A stretch of 64,000 nucleotides of DNA from Cyclobacteriaceae bacterium (GTDB lineage: Bacteria; Bacteroidota; Bacteroidia; Cytophagales; Cyclobacteriaceae): NCBI GenBank assembly GCA_049306095.1, contig JBAQPU010000052.1, forward strand, positions 15,360 to 79,359, written 5' to 3'. The number at the start of each line of letters is the position of its first letter. Within the stretch, counting starts at the first letter, position 1. The translations under genes and the position numbers were made by a program. The notes below the pieces were generated by a model that saw only the letters and a program-made list of their open reading frames with translations, made no database searches and was not told the origin of the DNA. Shown in pieces: positions 28,664 to 38,032 of this stretch.

Positions 28664-29730
28664 AACAAACTCAAACTTCCACCATGTCTGAATTTGGTTA
28701 AATCATATTCGGGCATGGAACGACCCGCAAAATATTTTTTCTTTGATGCGGAGAAAAGCTGGTGAATGACCTCGGCAAAAGTTCCAGCTCCCCGCATGCG
28801 TCTTCCAAATTTGGAATCACTCACCTGACCATCGTGCAATGAACAGATCTGGTTCCAAACTTTATCGAAGCGGTCAGGAAAATTTTTTCGCAACCAATCC
28901 TCAAAAATTTTTCCGATAGAGCCATTTAACCGAACTACGGTCATTCCTGCGGTACGGGCTCCGTGATCAGCCGCAGCCTTTATTATTTGCGGAATTTCAT
29001 GATGGTTAAGTCCGGGAATAATCGGAGCATTCATAATGCCAACTGGGATGTTGGCCTTTGATAATTCCTCTACGACTCTTAGTCGCTTTAATGCGCTGGC
29101 TGTACGCGGCTCCATTATTCTTCGCAACTCTTCATTCAGTGTGGTGATCGATATCATCACATGAACAAGGTTATCTTTCGCCAGGTCTTGCAAAATATCT
29201 AAATCGCGGGTGATCAAACAATTTTTTGAAATGATCCCAATGGGGTGGCGGTACTTCGCCATGACTTGTAATATCTTTCTTGTAATTCCAAACTTTCTTT
29301 CCTGAGGCTGATAGCAGTCGGTGTTACCGCTAAGCATGATGGGAACCGGATGCCACTTCGGGTGAAGAATATGTTTCTCGAGCAGTTCAGGCGCATTCTT
29401 TTTTACGATGATCTTGCTTTCAAAATCCAACCCTGCACTAAAGCCGTAATACTCGTGTGTGTTTCGGGCATAACAATAAATACACCCATGCTCGCATCCC
29501 TGGTAAGGATTCATTGAATACATTCCATGCAAATCGGGGCTGTCAATTTTGTTAACGATCTTTTTAGGCGTTTCAAAAAACACCTGCGTGTGTGGCGATT
29601 CAAGCAATGGTTCATCGAGGCCTTCAATATGCTCAGTTACATAGGATGCTTTCAGAAATTTGTTGGCGGTTTTAATCTGGGCGCCTCTTCCTTTGAAATA
29701 ATCATCTCGCCTTTCCTCATCCTGATCCAT
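28660..29730 (-). CDS. Radical SAM protein (PA0069 / SplB-like family)
   Basis: 356 aa with a 'CEHGCIYCYARN' CxxxCxxC cluster and an N-terminal 'FKGRGAQ' typical of this family. Confidence 0.8.
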   Translation of the reverse strand: MDQDEERRDDYFKGRGAQIKTANKFLKASYVTEHIEGLDEPLLESPHTQVFFETPKKIVNKIDSPDLHGMYSMNPYQGCEHGCIYCYARNTHEYYGFSAGLDFESKIIVKKNAPELLEKHILHPKWHPVPIMLSGNTDCYQPQERKFGITRKILQVMAKYRHPIGIISKNCLITRDLDILQDLAKDNLVHVMISITTLNEELRRIMEPRTASALKRLRVVEELSKANIPVGIMNAPIIPGLNHHEIPQIIKAAADHGARTAGMTVVRLNGSIGKIFEDWLRKNFPDRFDKVWNQICSLHDGQVSDSKFGRRMRGAGTFAEVIHQLFSASKKKYFAGRSMPEYDLTKFRHGGSLSLF

Positions 29731-29766
29731 GTGCCGAATGTAAACGAGTTTGTTGCAGCAAAAAAC

Positions 29767-29774
29767 TACTTTTG
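29767..29774 (+). promoter_or_regulatory. Candidate -7 promoter box (TACTTTTG)
   Basis: Matches TAnnTTTG, 26 nt upstream of ATG 29801. Confidence 0.4.
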
Positions 29775-29800
29775 GGTTACGCGACAGAAGCTGTCAGGAT

Positions 29801-30661
29801 ATGTTGAGTTACACAGAAACGCCCGTTCAGGAAATTCATGATTCCGTGCTGGATCAGGCCGGTGTTCGGCTCTTCATCAAACGTGAAGATTTGAATCACC
29901 CGCGGGTATCGGGCAACAAGTGGTGGAAGCTGAAGTATAACCTGGAAGAAGCCATTGCACAAGGACATGACACCTTGCTCACCTTTGGGGGTGCTTACTC
30001 AAATCACATTTATGCGACAGCAGCCGCTGCGCATGAACTTGGATTGAAATCAATTGGTATCATCAGGGGTGAGGAAACACTGCCGTTAAACACAACCCTG
30101 GCTTTTGCAACAGCCAGCGGAATGAAATTGCATTATGTGTCACGAGAGTCATATCGAACCAAAACAGCGCAAACTTTCATTGATAATTTACATACTCAGT
30201 TTGGAAATTTTTACTTGATTCCGGAAGGGGGAACGAATGCCCTTGCCGTAAAAGGTGTTACGGAATTCGGACAATCACTTAAAAATGATTTTGATTACCT
30301 GTGTTGTGCAGTAGGTACGGGTGGAACACTGGCCGGCCTGATTAATGGAATTCCTTCTGCAAAGAAAGTGTTGGGAATTCCCGTTTTGAAGGGCGGGGGA
30401 TTTCTAAAAGGAGAAATCGAACAGTTGGCTGGAAAAAATACCAGTCAGTGGACCTTGATGACTGATTATCATTTTGGCGGATATGGTAAAATGTCACCGG
30501 AGCTTACTTCGTTTATAATGAATTTTGAATTGAAACACGGTATTAAACTCGATCCTGTTTATACAGGAAAAATGGTCTTTGGTATACTAGATTTAATTAA
30601 CCAGCGTTATTTTTCTAACGGAACCTGTATTTTCGCGCTTCACTCAGGAGGGTTACGATGA
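29801..30661 (+). CDS. PLP-dependent ACC deaminase / D-cysteine desulfhydrase family enzyme
   Basis: I trimmed the ORF to ATG 29801. 'VSGNKWWKLKYNL' (PLP lysine context GNKxRKL) and 'CAVGTGGTLAG' fit the family. Confidence 0.8.
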   Translation: MLSYTETPVQEIHDSVLDQAGVRLFIKREDLNHPRVSGNKWWKLKYNLEEAIAQGHDTLLTFGGAYSNHIYATAAAAHELGLKSIGIIRGEETLPLNTTLAFATASGMKLHYVSRESYRTKTAQTFIDNLHTQFGNFYLIPEGGTNALAVKGVTEFGQSLKNDFDYLCCAVGTGGTLAGLINGIPSAKKVLGIPVLKGGGFLKGEIEQLAGKNTSQWTLMTDYHFGGYGKMSPELTSFIMNFELKHGIKLDPVYTGKMVFGILDLINQRYFSNGTCIFALHSGGLR

Positions 30662-32019
30662 AAAAATTAGTTACGCTTGTTCTTGTCTTTTGCACGCTGG
30701 TTACAGAAGCAACTCATTTAAAGGCTGGCTATATTACTGTTGAACGAACTTCTGCCACAGCGCGAACGTGTAAAATTACCATTACTGTTTATACCGATAC
30801 AAGGTCTCCTGTTCTATTTGGCGGAGAACAGGACGTGCTGGATTTTGGTGATGGAACAACCATGCTGATACCAGAAACTCCAAGTATCCCTCTAACAGGC
30901 TCAGCAAATGTGGGGGTTGCCTCCTACACCGTTACACATACTTTCCCGGCAGGCGGAAGTTTCCTTATATCCTATATAGAACCAAACCGAAACGAAGGTG
31001 TTATGAATATGGAAAATTCTGTTCTCACGACTTTCTATATTGAAACCAACATTAATTTGGATTCCCATGACTGGTTTTCATCAACCCCTGAATTTTTAAC
31101 GCCACCAATTTTTCATGTCGTAACACAATCGGATGTTTCACTTTCGCTGGGAGCCGTTAGTAAGGATGACTACATTGTTTCGTATGAGTTGGGAACTCCA
31201 TACCGAGATCGAGGCACACCTGTTTCTGGATATCAACTTCCTGAAAATTTTCAGATTAACCCTCATAATGGACTGGTGACCTGGGACACCAAGTTTAATG
31301 GAATGTTTTGTCTGGGCGAGTTCATCTATACTGTTAAAGTACATCTTTATAAAAAAGAGGGTGACATCACATACCGTGTTTGTACTGTATCTGCAGATTT
31401 TCAAATCATTGTTGAAGATTTCCCTTTCATGGGAATTGTATATGATACGACTGATACTGATGAAAATGGAAGATTGTTTATTCCCAATAACAATTCACGT
31501 ACAGTAAAGATATTCTTTGAAGTCCCAACAGCTGCACCGGACCCGGAAGTTATCGCCTACTCAGAAATATCAGACAATGGTGATGCGTTCTCATTTACGA
31601 CCTACGATTCATCCACGGCTCCCCACATTCACGTTGGTGTTTTAACGCTTCATTCAATTCATTCCATTAACCGCGTGAATCCTTACCTGATAACGGTTCG
31701 TGGAAAGCATAGTGGCCAGTACTCTTCTGACTTATTGTACCTCTTTTATACACAGGATTTGCATCCAGAAGAAATTGTGCTGGCTGTTTACAAGGAAGAA
31801 GCACTTATTCAACTATTTCCCAACCCTTCGAAGGATTTCGTTAAAATTTTAGTACCGGGGAATCAGGTTGGTACCGTCATGGTATATGATGCAACCGGGA
31901 ACCTTATCCATAGTCAAACAGGAAATGTTATTGATATTCATCACTTAAAACGAGGTCTCTACTTTTGTACCGTTCGGTATGGATCAAAAATAAAGCGGGC
32001 AAAGTTTATTAAAGACTAA
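30658..32019 (+). CDS. Secreted protein with a T9SS (Por) C-terminal sorting domain; function unknown
   Basis: 453 aa with signal peptide MKKLVTLVLVFCTLVTEA. The C-terminal ~75 aa ('LFPNPSKDFVKILVP...GLYFCTVRYG...') fit a type-A T9SS sorting domain. Its start overlaps the upstream stop in ATGA. Confidence 0.7.
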   Translation: MKKLVTLVLVFCTLVTEATHLKAGYITVERTSATARTCKITITVYTDTRSPVLFGGEQDVLDFGDGTTMLIPETPSIPLTGSANVGVASYTVTHTFPAGGSFLISYIEPNRNEGVMNMENSVLTTFYIETNINLDSHDWFSSTPEFLTPPIFHVVTQSDVSLSLGAVSKDDYIVSYELGTPYRDRGTPVSGYQLPENFQINPHNGLVTWDTKFNGMFCLGEFIYTVKVHLYKKEGDITYRVCTVSADFQIIVEDFPFMGIVYDTTDTDENGRLFIPNNNSRTVKIFFEVPTAAPDPEVIAYSEISDNGDAFSFTTYDSSTAPHIHVGVLTLHSIHSINRVNPYLITVRGKHSGQYSSDLLYLFYTQDLHPEEIVLAVYKEEALIQLFPNPSKDFVKILVPGNQVGTVMVYDATGNLIHSQTGNVIDIHHLKRGLYFCTVRYGSKIKRAKFIKD

Positions 32020-32624
32020 TCTTTTCTAACACCTCTCAACCATCCACCAATACTCCAGCGCGTACTCTCCTGTACAACGGTACCGCTTTCACCTGCCCTG
32101 TTCACTTTTTCAACGGTGTAGAATGCCGTAGGTAAAATTTGTTTCATTTCTATTAACAGGTCTTCCAGTCGTTCGCGTTGTAATACCGTAAACACCAGGT
32201 TTTCGTGACCATCGGGGCCGTCAGCATCGACTTTAGTAAAACGGAAATGATTTTTATTCAAGTAGGCAATTAAGTCAACTACATCTTTACGGGTAATAAT
32301 TCGCACAATCACTTTTCCATAGGCAATTCTTTCTTCAATCATCATCCCCACCAAAATGCCCATGGCAAAACCCCCCGGATAGGCTACATAACAAATCCAA
32401 TTATCGAGGTTATCAAAAATCTGGCGGATGGCCATCAGCCAGATAAACGATTCAAAAAAACCAAGCAAGGTTGCTGTAACTCTTCGCCCACCTAATACAT
32501 AAATAATGCGGATGGTATTAATGGATACATCAGTAATGCGCGCGAAAAAAATCAGCAACGGCAACAACACATAACTGAACATGCTTTCAGAAATACCGAG
32601 CGTATCTGTAAAAAAACTTTCCAT
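32016..32624 (-). CDS. DUF2179 / UPF0316-family membrane protein
   Basis: 202 aa with three N-terminal TM helices ('ARITDVSINTIRIIYVLGGRR') and a soluble C-terminal domain, as in UPF0316 proteins. Confidence 0.65.
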   Translation of the reverse strand: MESFFTDTLGISESMFSYVLLPLLIFFARITDVSINTIRIIYVLGGRRVTATLLGFFESFIWLMAIRQIFDNLDNWICYVAYPGGFAMGILVGMMIEERIAYGKVIVRIITRKDVVDLIAYLNKNHFRFTKVDADGPDGHENLVFTVLQRERLEDLLIEMKQILPTAFYTVEKVNRAGESGTVVQESTRWSIGGWLRGVRKD

Positions 32625-32661
32625 AGCGTCAACTTAAGTTCAAAGAAGGGTGTTACTTTCA

Positions 32662-34050
32662 TCACCCAAATAAATCCTGAAAAACCTCTGTTAATTTTCC
32701 TAACGATTTTACGGTGATTTTTATCTTTTTGTTATCAAGTGATTTTTGACTGTACCTCGAAATATAGATTTCGGTAAACCCGAGTTTCTCTGCTTCTGAA
32801 ATTCGCTGATCGATGCGGTTGACCGCGCGAAGTTCACCACCCAATCCAATCTCTGCAGCAAAACAAATTTTATCCGAAACTGGAAGCTCTTCATACGATG
32901 AAACAATAGAAACACATACCGCCAGGTCAATAGCCGGGTCTTCCACTTTTATTCCTCCTGCCATGTTCACAAAAACATCCTGCACGCCCATTCTAAAACC
33001 ACAGCGCTTTTCCAACACAGCTAACAACATGTTTAACCGCTTGGGATCAAAACCAGTTGGTGTGCGCTGGGGCGTTCCGTACGAAGCAGGACTGACCAGC
33101 GATTGAATTTCGATCAGCAACGGTCTGTTTCCTTCAATGGTAGCACCAATAGTAGCGCCACTAAGTTGCCCATCTTTTTGTGAGATCAGTATTTCTGATG
33201 GGTTAGAGACTTCGCGCAGGCCCGATCCCAGCATTTCATAAATGCCAATTTCCGAGGTTGAGCCAAAACGATTTTTAGTGGTTCGTAATATCCGGTAAGC
33301 CAAATGACGATCGCCTTCAAATTGTAGCACGGTGTCCACCATGTGCTCCAACACTTTCGGGCCGGCCAGCATGCCATCTTTTGTAATGTGGCCTACCAAA
33401 AATACAGGTGTGTTGGTTTCTTTCGCAAACTTCATCAACTCACCCGCACACTGGCGTACCTGTGCAATGCTTCCGGCTGTTGAGTCGAGTAAATTCGAGT
33501 AAAGTGTTTGGATTGAATCAATGATAACCAACTCGGGCTGCAGTTCTTCAATACCGGCAAAAATGTTTTTTGTATTGGTTTCGGTTAACACATAACACCC
33601 CCCTAACTCCCCCCTTAAGGGGGGAGTTAGTCGATTGGCACGCATTTTAATTTGTTGCTCACTTTCTTCACCCGAAACATACAGCACCTTCATTTTTTTT
33701 AATGATAAGCCAACCTGCAACATAAGAGTTGACTTTCCAATGCCGGGTTCTCCCCCAATCAGAACAAGGGACCCGGGTACGATTCCTCCACCCAATACAC
33801 GATTTAATTCTGAATCGTTGGTGGTGATTCTGATTTCAGGATGGGCATCGACTTCCTGTAACCGGATTGGTTTGGGTTGTCGTTGTCTTCCAGACTCCTG
33901 GCGCCACTCATTTTTGTTACCGGCTTCCTGTTTTTGCACCACCTCTTCCACAAAAGAATTCCAGGTGCCACACGAGGGGCACTTGCCCAGCCATTTGGCA
34001 GACTCGTGTCCACATTGCTGACAGAAGAAGGATGATTTGGTCTTGGCCAA
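32662..34050 (-). CDS. radA: DNA repair protein RadA
   Basis: 462 aa with a Zn finger 'CQQCGHESAKWLGKCPSCGTWNSF', Walker A 'GGEPGIGKST', a 'KNRFG' motif and a Lon-like C-terminus. The TTG start is forced by an in-frame TAG two codons upstream. Confidence 0.95.
   Translation of the reverse strand: MAKTKSSFFCQQCGHESAKWLGKCPSCGTWNSFVEEVVQKQEAGNKNEWRQESGRQRQPKPIRLQEVDAHPEIRITTNDSELNRVLGGGIVPGSLVLIGGEPGIGKSTLMLQVGLSLKKMKVLYVSGEESEQQIKMRANRLTPPLRGELGGCYVLTETNTKNIFAGIEELQPELVIIDSIQTLYSNLLDSTAGSIAQVRQCAGELMKFAKETNTPVFLVGHITKDGMLAGPKVLEHMVDTVLQFEGDRHLAYRILRTTKNRFGSTSEIGIYEMLGSGLREVSNPSEILISQKDGQLSGATIGATIEGNRPLLIEIQSLVSPASYGTPQRTPTGFDPKRLNMLLAVLEKRCGFRMGVQDVFVNMAGGIKVEDPAIDLAVCVSIVSSYEELPVSDKICFAAEIGLGGELRAVNRIDQRISEAEKLGFTEIYISRYSQKSLDNKKIKITVKSLGKLTEVFQDLFG
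33603..33630. repeat. Perfect 28-bp palindrome inside the radA coding sequence
   Basis: CTAACTCCCCCC-TTAA-GGGGGGAGTTAG, flanked by another C6 run at 33598-33603. In radA it is translated as ...RL-TPPLRGELGG-CYV... Confidence 0.9.
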
Positions 34051-34160
34051 TTGCTAATTCGTTCTGTTAAAAGTAAGGAGAAAGTTACATCCGCTTGCAA
34101 AGATTACATTAATTAGCATTTTTGCTTCCGTTTATAACCTACAACCTGCACCTATTCTTT

Positions 34161-36104
34161 ATGAAAAAATTGTTAACTGTCATTCTCTTAACAGCCATTT
34201 CTTTTCACTCTCACTCACAAAAGTCGCCCATAAAATTTGGAGAAATACCAATGGGTGATATGCAGATGCAAACCTATGCCCATGATTCCGCTGCATCGGC
34301 AGTTATCCTTACAGACTATGGTGAGGCTTACGTAAGCATAACTAATTTTAATGCGTCTTTGGTTTTTGAGCGCCATGTTCGGATTAAAATTCTAAAAAAA
34401 GAAGGTCTTAAGTGGGCCGATGTGGCAATCCCACTTTACTATTCCGGAACTACGGAGGAACAGGTTTCAAACCTTAAAGCAGTTACCTACAATCTTGAAG
34501 GAGGCAAGATTGTTGAAACGAAAATGGATAAAAACGGAGTATTCAAAGAAAAACTCAATCGAAATTATAACCTCCATAAATTTACTTTCCCTAATGTGCG
34601 GGAAGGATCAGTCATCGAATATTCCTATAAGATTTACTCCGATTTTCTAGCCAACTTTCCAAACTGGCAATTCCAGTATACAATCCCAACTGTTCACACC
34701 GAATACTGGGCAATCATTCCTGATTTTTTTATCATGGAGAAATACACCCAGGGGTATATACGCCCCACCACTTTTGAAATAAAAGATCAAAGCAAATCTG
34801 ATTATACTGACAAGGCCCACCATTGGATTATTAAAAATGTTCCCGCCTTTAAAGAAGAACCTCACATGACCAGTGAAAATGATTACGTGTCAAAAGTGAA
34901 CTTCGCACTGGCTTATATCAATTTCCGAGGTCAGCCTACGCAGGAAATCATGGGAAGCTGGCAAAAACTGAATGACCGCCTATTAGAAAGTGAGGCTTTT
35001 GGTAAGATTATCACGGGTTCTAATTTTCTTCAAAAGCAAGCGGATGCACTGGTTGTCGGGGAAAGTGATCCAATGAAAAAGGTTGAGAAAATCTTTACGT
35101 ATGTAAAAGATGCATTGGAATGGGATGGTCATGAAGACTATACAGCCGATAAGCTAAAGGAAGTTTTTGATCGGAAGAAAGGGACTTCTGGTGATATTAA
35201 CCTTGCGCTCGCCTCCATGCTTGAGAAAGCCGGTTTCATGGTTGATATGGTTTTGGTTAGTACGAGAGATCATGGATTTGTGAGGCCGCAATATCCGATG
35301 GAACGGCAATTTAATTATGTGGTTTGTGCCGTACGTATTAATGGTAAGCCTGTTTTTCTAGACGCTACTGAAAAGTATTTACCTGTTGGAATACTGCCTG
35401 AACGTTGTTTGAACGGGCAAGGTCTTATCATCTCCAAAAACTTTCATGGATGGATCAATTTGGAAACCAAAGCAAAAGCGCGTACCGTTACCGATGCTGA
35501 TTTTGCGCTAAACGATGCGGGTGAGTTTCAGGGCAAAATTAGTTTTTCACGGGATGGTTATGACGCTATTCAAATGCGTAAAGAGTACCAGACCAAGGGG
35601 GAAGCTGAATACATCAAAAGTTCTGTTGGCGATAATTCGTCATGGCAAGTCAGCAAGACATCATTTGAAAACCTGAAGGAAATTGATAAGCCGGTTAAAG
35701 AGTTTCATGAACTATCGATTAGTGACCACATTGTTGAAGCAGGCGGTGTATTTTACATCAATCCATTTGTCACTAACCAGATCAAACAAAATCCTTTTAC
35801 TTTAAGTGAGAGAATGTATCCTGTTGATTATGGTAGCCTGAAAGAAAGAATCTACATGTGTAAAATCGCCATTCCGGAAGGGTATGTTATTGATGAAATG
35901 CCTCCAAACAAGGTAATTTCTCTGCCTGGCGGTGCTGCCAAATACACCTATAGTGTAACTCAGGTTGGTAACAAGATCAGCATCCTGAGTAATTTTCAAA
36001 TTAATCGGAATATTTTCATTCAAACTGATTACCCCAACTTACGCGAGTTTTACAACCAGGTGGTAGCAAAACAAGCTGAACAAATTGTATTGAAGAAAAA
36101 ATAA
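34161..36104 (+). CDS. DUF3857/transglutaminase-like protein, apparently catalytically inactive paralogue
   Basis: I trimmed the ORF to ATG 34161 (MKKLLTVILLTAISFHSHSQ signal peptide). The region aligned to the transglutaminase core reads 'GTSGDINLALASML' and 'FNYVVCAV', so the Cys and His positions are replaced. Confidence 0.65.
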   Translation: MKKLLTVILLTAISFHSHSQKSPIKFGEIPMGDMQMQTYAHDSAASAVILTDYGEAYVSITNFNASLVFERHVRIKILKKEGLKWADVAIPLYYSGTTEEQVSNLKAVTYNLEGGKIVETKMDKNGVFKEKLNRNYNLHKFTFPNVREGSVIEYSYKIYSDFLANFPNWQFQYTIPTVHTEYWAIIPDFFIMEKYTQGYIRPTTFEIKDQSKSDYTDKAHHWIIKNVPAFKEEPHMTSENDYVSKVNFALAYINFRGQPTQEIMGSWQKLNDRLLESEAFGKIITGSNFLQKQADALVVGESDPMKKVEKIFTYVKDALEWDGHEDYTADKLKEVFDRKKGTSGDINLALASMLEKAGFMVDMVLVSTRDHGFVRPQYPMERQFNYVVCAVRINGKPVFLDATEKYLPVGILPERCLNGQGLIISKNFHGWINLETKAKARTVTDADFALNDAGEFQGKISFSRDGYDAIQMRKEYQTKGEAEYIKSSVGDNSSWQVSKTSFENLKEIDKPVKEFHELSISDHIVEAGGVFYINPFVTNQIKQNPFTLSERMYPVDYGSLKERIYMCKIAIPEGYVIDEMPPNKVISLPGGAAKYTYSVTQVGNKISILSNFQINRNIFIQTDYPNLREFYNQVVAKQAEQIVLKKK

Positions 36105-36117
36105 TGATTGATCACGC

Positions 36118-38031
36118 ATGAGAAAAATTCAGCTCTTTTACTTTCTTTTTGGTTCACTCCATGTTTTTGGTTGGAGTGATCCAAAATATCCGGTAAGCGA
36201 TATTCCGCCAGCGCTGATAGAAAATGTTAATGTGGTGCTTCGCGAAAATCATATGGTGTACACCATCCATGCACAAGATCGTGCCACTTTATATGTGCAC
36301 GAGGTAATTACCATTTTGAATGAAAACGGAAAACATTATGCTTCTGAAGTTATTGGGTATGATAAGTTAAGCAAAGTAACTTCCTTCAAGGGAACATCTT
36401 ATGACGCAGCAGGTGCCATCATCAAAAAATTGAAAGCCAGTGAAATTTATGATCAAAGTGCGTTTGATGGGTATAGCCTTTTTAGTGACGATAGAATAAA
36501 AGCAGCTCAACTCTCACATGGATCCTATCCCTACACTGTTGAATATGAATACGAAGTTGAATACAAATACCTATTCATGATTCCGGGGTTTGTTATTATT
36601 CCCGGAGGAAAAACATCCGTACAAAATTCTTCCTATCAATTAATTTTTCCTGAGGCACTTGCTCCTAAGTATAAGGTAACGAATTATGACGCCACGCCTG
36701 AAGCCGGAGAAGTAAAAGATGGTCGTAAAACCTTACAATGGAAATTTCAAAACCTGAAACCAATTAAAACCGAGCCGATGGGGCCCCCTGCTCAGGAGGT
36801 TATTCCGCAAATTTATGCAGCCCCTGTTCGTTTCGAATTTGATGGGTATGCCGGTTCAACAGAAACCTGGAATGATTTCGGCAAATGGATTATTTCGCTG
36901 AACAAAGGAAGGACTCAGCTACCGGAAGAAACCATCAAAAAAATAAAAGAACTGACGGCAAATCTTAACACAACGGAAGAAAAAATTAAGGCTGTTTATG
37001 AGCACATGCAAAACAGAACACGATACGTAAGTGTGCAATTAGGTATTGGAGGATTTCAGCCCTTTGAAGCCTCGGTGGTTGATAACACCGGATACGGAGA
37101 TTGCAAAGCCTTGTCAAACTACATGGTTTCTTTGCTAAGCGCCATTGGGATCAAAGCAAACTACACCCTTATCGGGGCAGGAAAAGGTGAAGCTCCCATG
37201 CAGGTTGATTTCCCGGGGTCTCAGTTTAATCATGCGGTGGTTTTTGTTCCTACAAAACAAGACACTATTTGGCTGGAATGTACGAGCCAGACAAATCCTT
37301 TCGGATATATGGGCACATTCACCGGAGATCGCAAGGCCCTTGCCATTACTGAAAATGGTGCTGAAATTGTAAACACACCCGTTTATAAAGAACAGGATAA
37401 TATTCAAAACCGCACAGCCACTGTTACGGTGGGATCAGATGGAAATGCAAAAGCAACCGTTAAAACACATTATTCTGGGCTGCAGTATGAAAATGATGGG
37501 CTCCACTCCATCCTTGAAAACCAATTTGATGACCAAAAGAAATGGGTTGAAGCGAATACGGAAATTCCAAGCTTTGAAATCAATTCGTTCAGATTTGAAA
37601 ATAAGAAGGAGCGAATTCCAACGGCTACAGTAACGCTGGATTTAACGCTCCGAAGATTTGCAACGGTAAGCGGAAAAAGATTAATGATCACTCCCAACCT
37701 CATGAACAAGAATTCTTTTGTCCCGGAGAAAGTTGAGAATCGAAAAACCGAAATTGTACGAAGTATGGGCTACACCGACCTTGACTCAATCCGTTATCAA
37801 ATCCCACAAGAAATTTATCCAGAATTTTTACCAGAACCGGTAAAAATTAAATCGCGTTTTGGCGAATATGAATCCTCCTGTTCAGTCGATCAGGGTTTGG
37901 TCTTGTACACACGAAAAATGGTCATGCACAAAGGTCGGTATCCGGCTGAATCGTACCAGGAGTTGATTGATTTCTTTAAAGCGGTAACAAAGGCCGACAA
38001 TGTAAAGTTGGTATTCCTCAATAAAACCTAA
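36118..38031 (+). CDS. DUF3857 / transglutaminase-like cysteine protease-fold protein
   Basis: 637 aa. The transglutaminase core is intact: 'GYGDCKALSNYMVSLL' (Cys) and 'FNHAVVFV' (His). Confidence 0.7.
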   Translation: MRKIQLFYFLFGSLHVFGWSDPKYPVSDIPPALIENVNVVLRENHMVYTIHAQDRATLYVHEVITILNENGKHYASEVIGYDKLSKVTSFKGTSYDAAGAIIKKLKASEIYDQSAFDGYSLFSDDRIKAAQLSHGSYPYTVEYEYEVEYKYLFMIPGFVIIPGGKTSVQNSSYQLIFPEALAPKYKVTNYDATPEAGEVKDGRKTLQWKFQNLKPIKTEPMGPPAQEVIPQIYAAPVRFEFDGYAGSTETWNDFGKWIISLNKGRTQLPEETIKKIKELTANLNTTEEKIKAVYEHMQNRTRYVSVQLGIGGFQPFEASVVDNTGYGDCKALSNYMVSLLSAIGIKANYTLIGAGKGEAPMQVDFPGSQFNHAVVFVPTKQDTIWLECTSQTNPFGYMGTFTGDRKALAITENGAEIVNTPVYKEQDNIQNRTATVTVGSDGNAKATVKTHYSGLQYENDGLHSILENQFDDQKKWVEANTEIPSFEINSFRFENKKERIPTATVTLDLTLRRFATVSGKRLMITPNLMNKNSFVPEKVENRKTEIVRSMGYTDLDSIRYQIPQEIYPEFLPEPVKIKSRFGEYESSCSVDQGLVLYTRKMVMHKGRYPAESYQELIDFFKAVTKADNVKLVFLNKT

Positions 38032-38032
38032 G

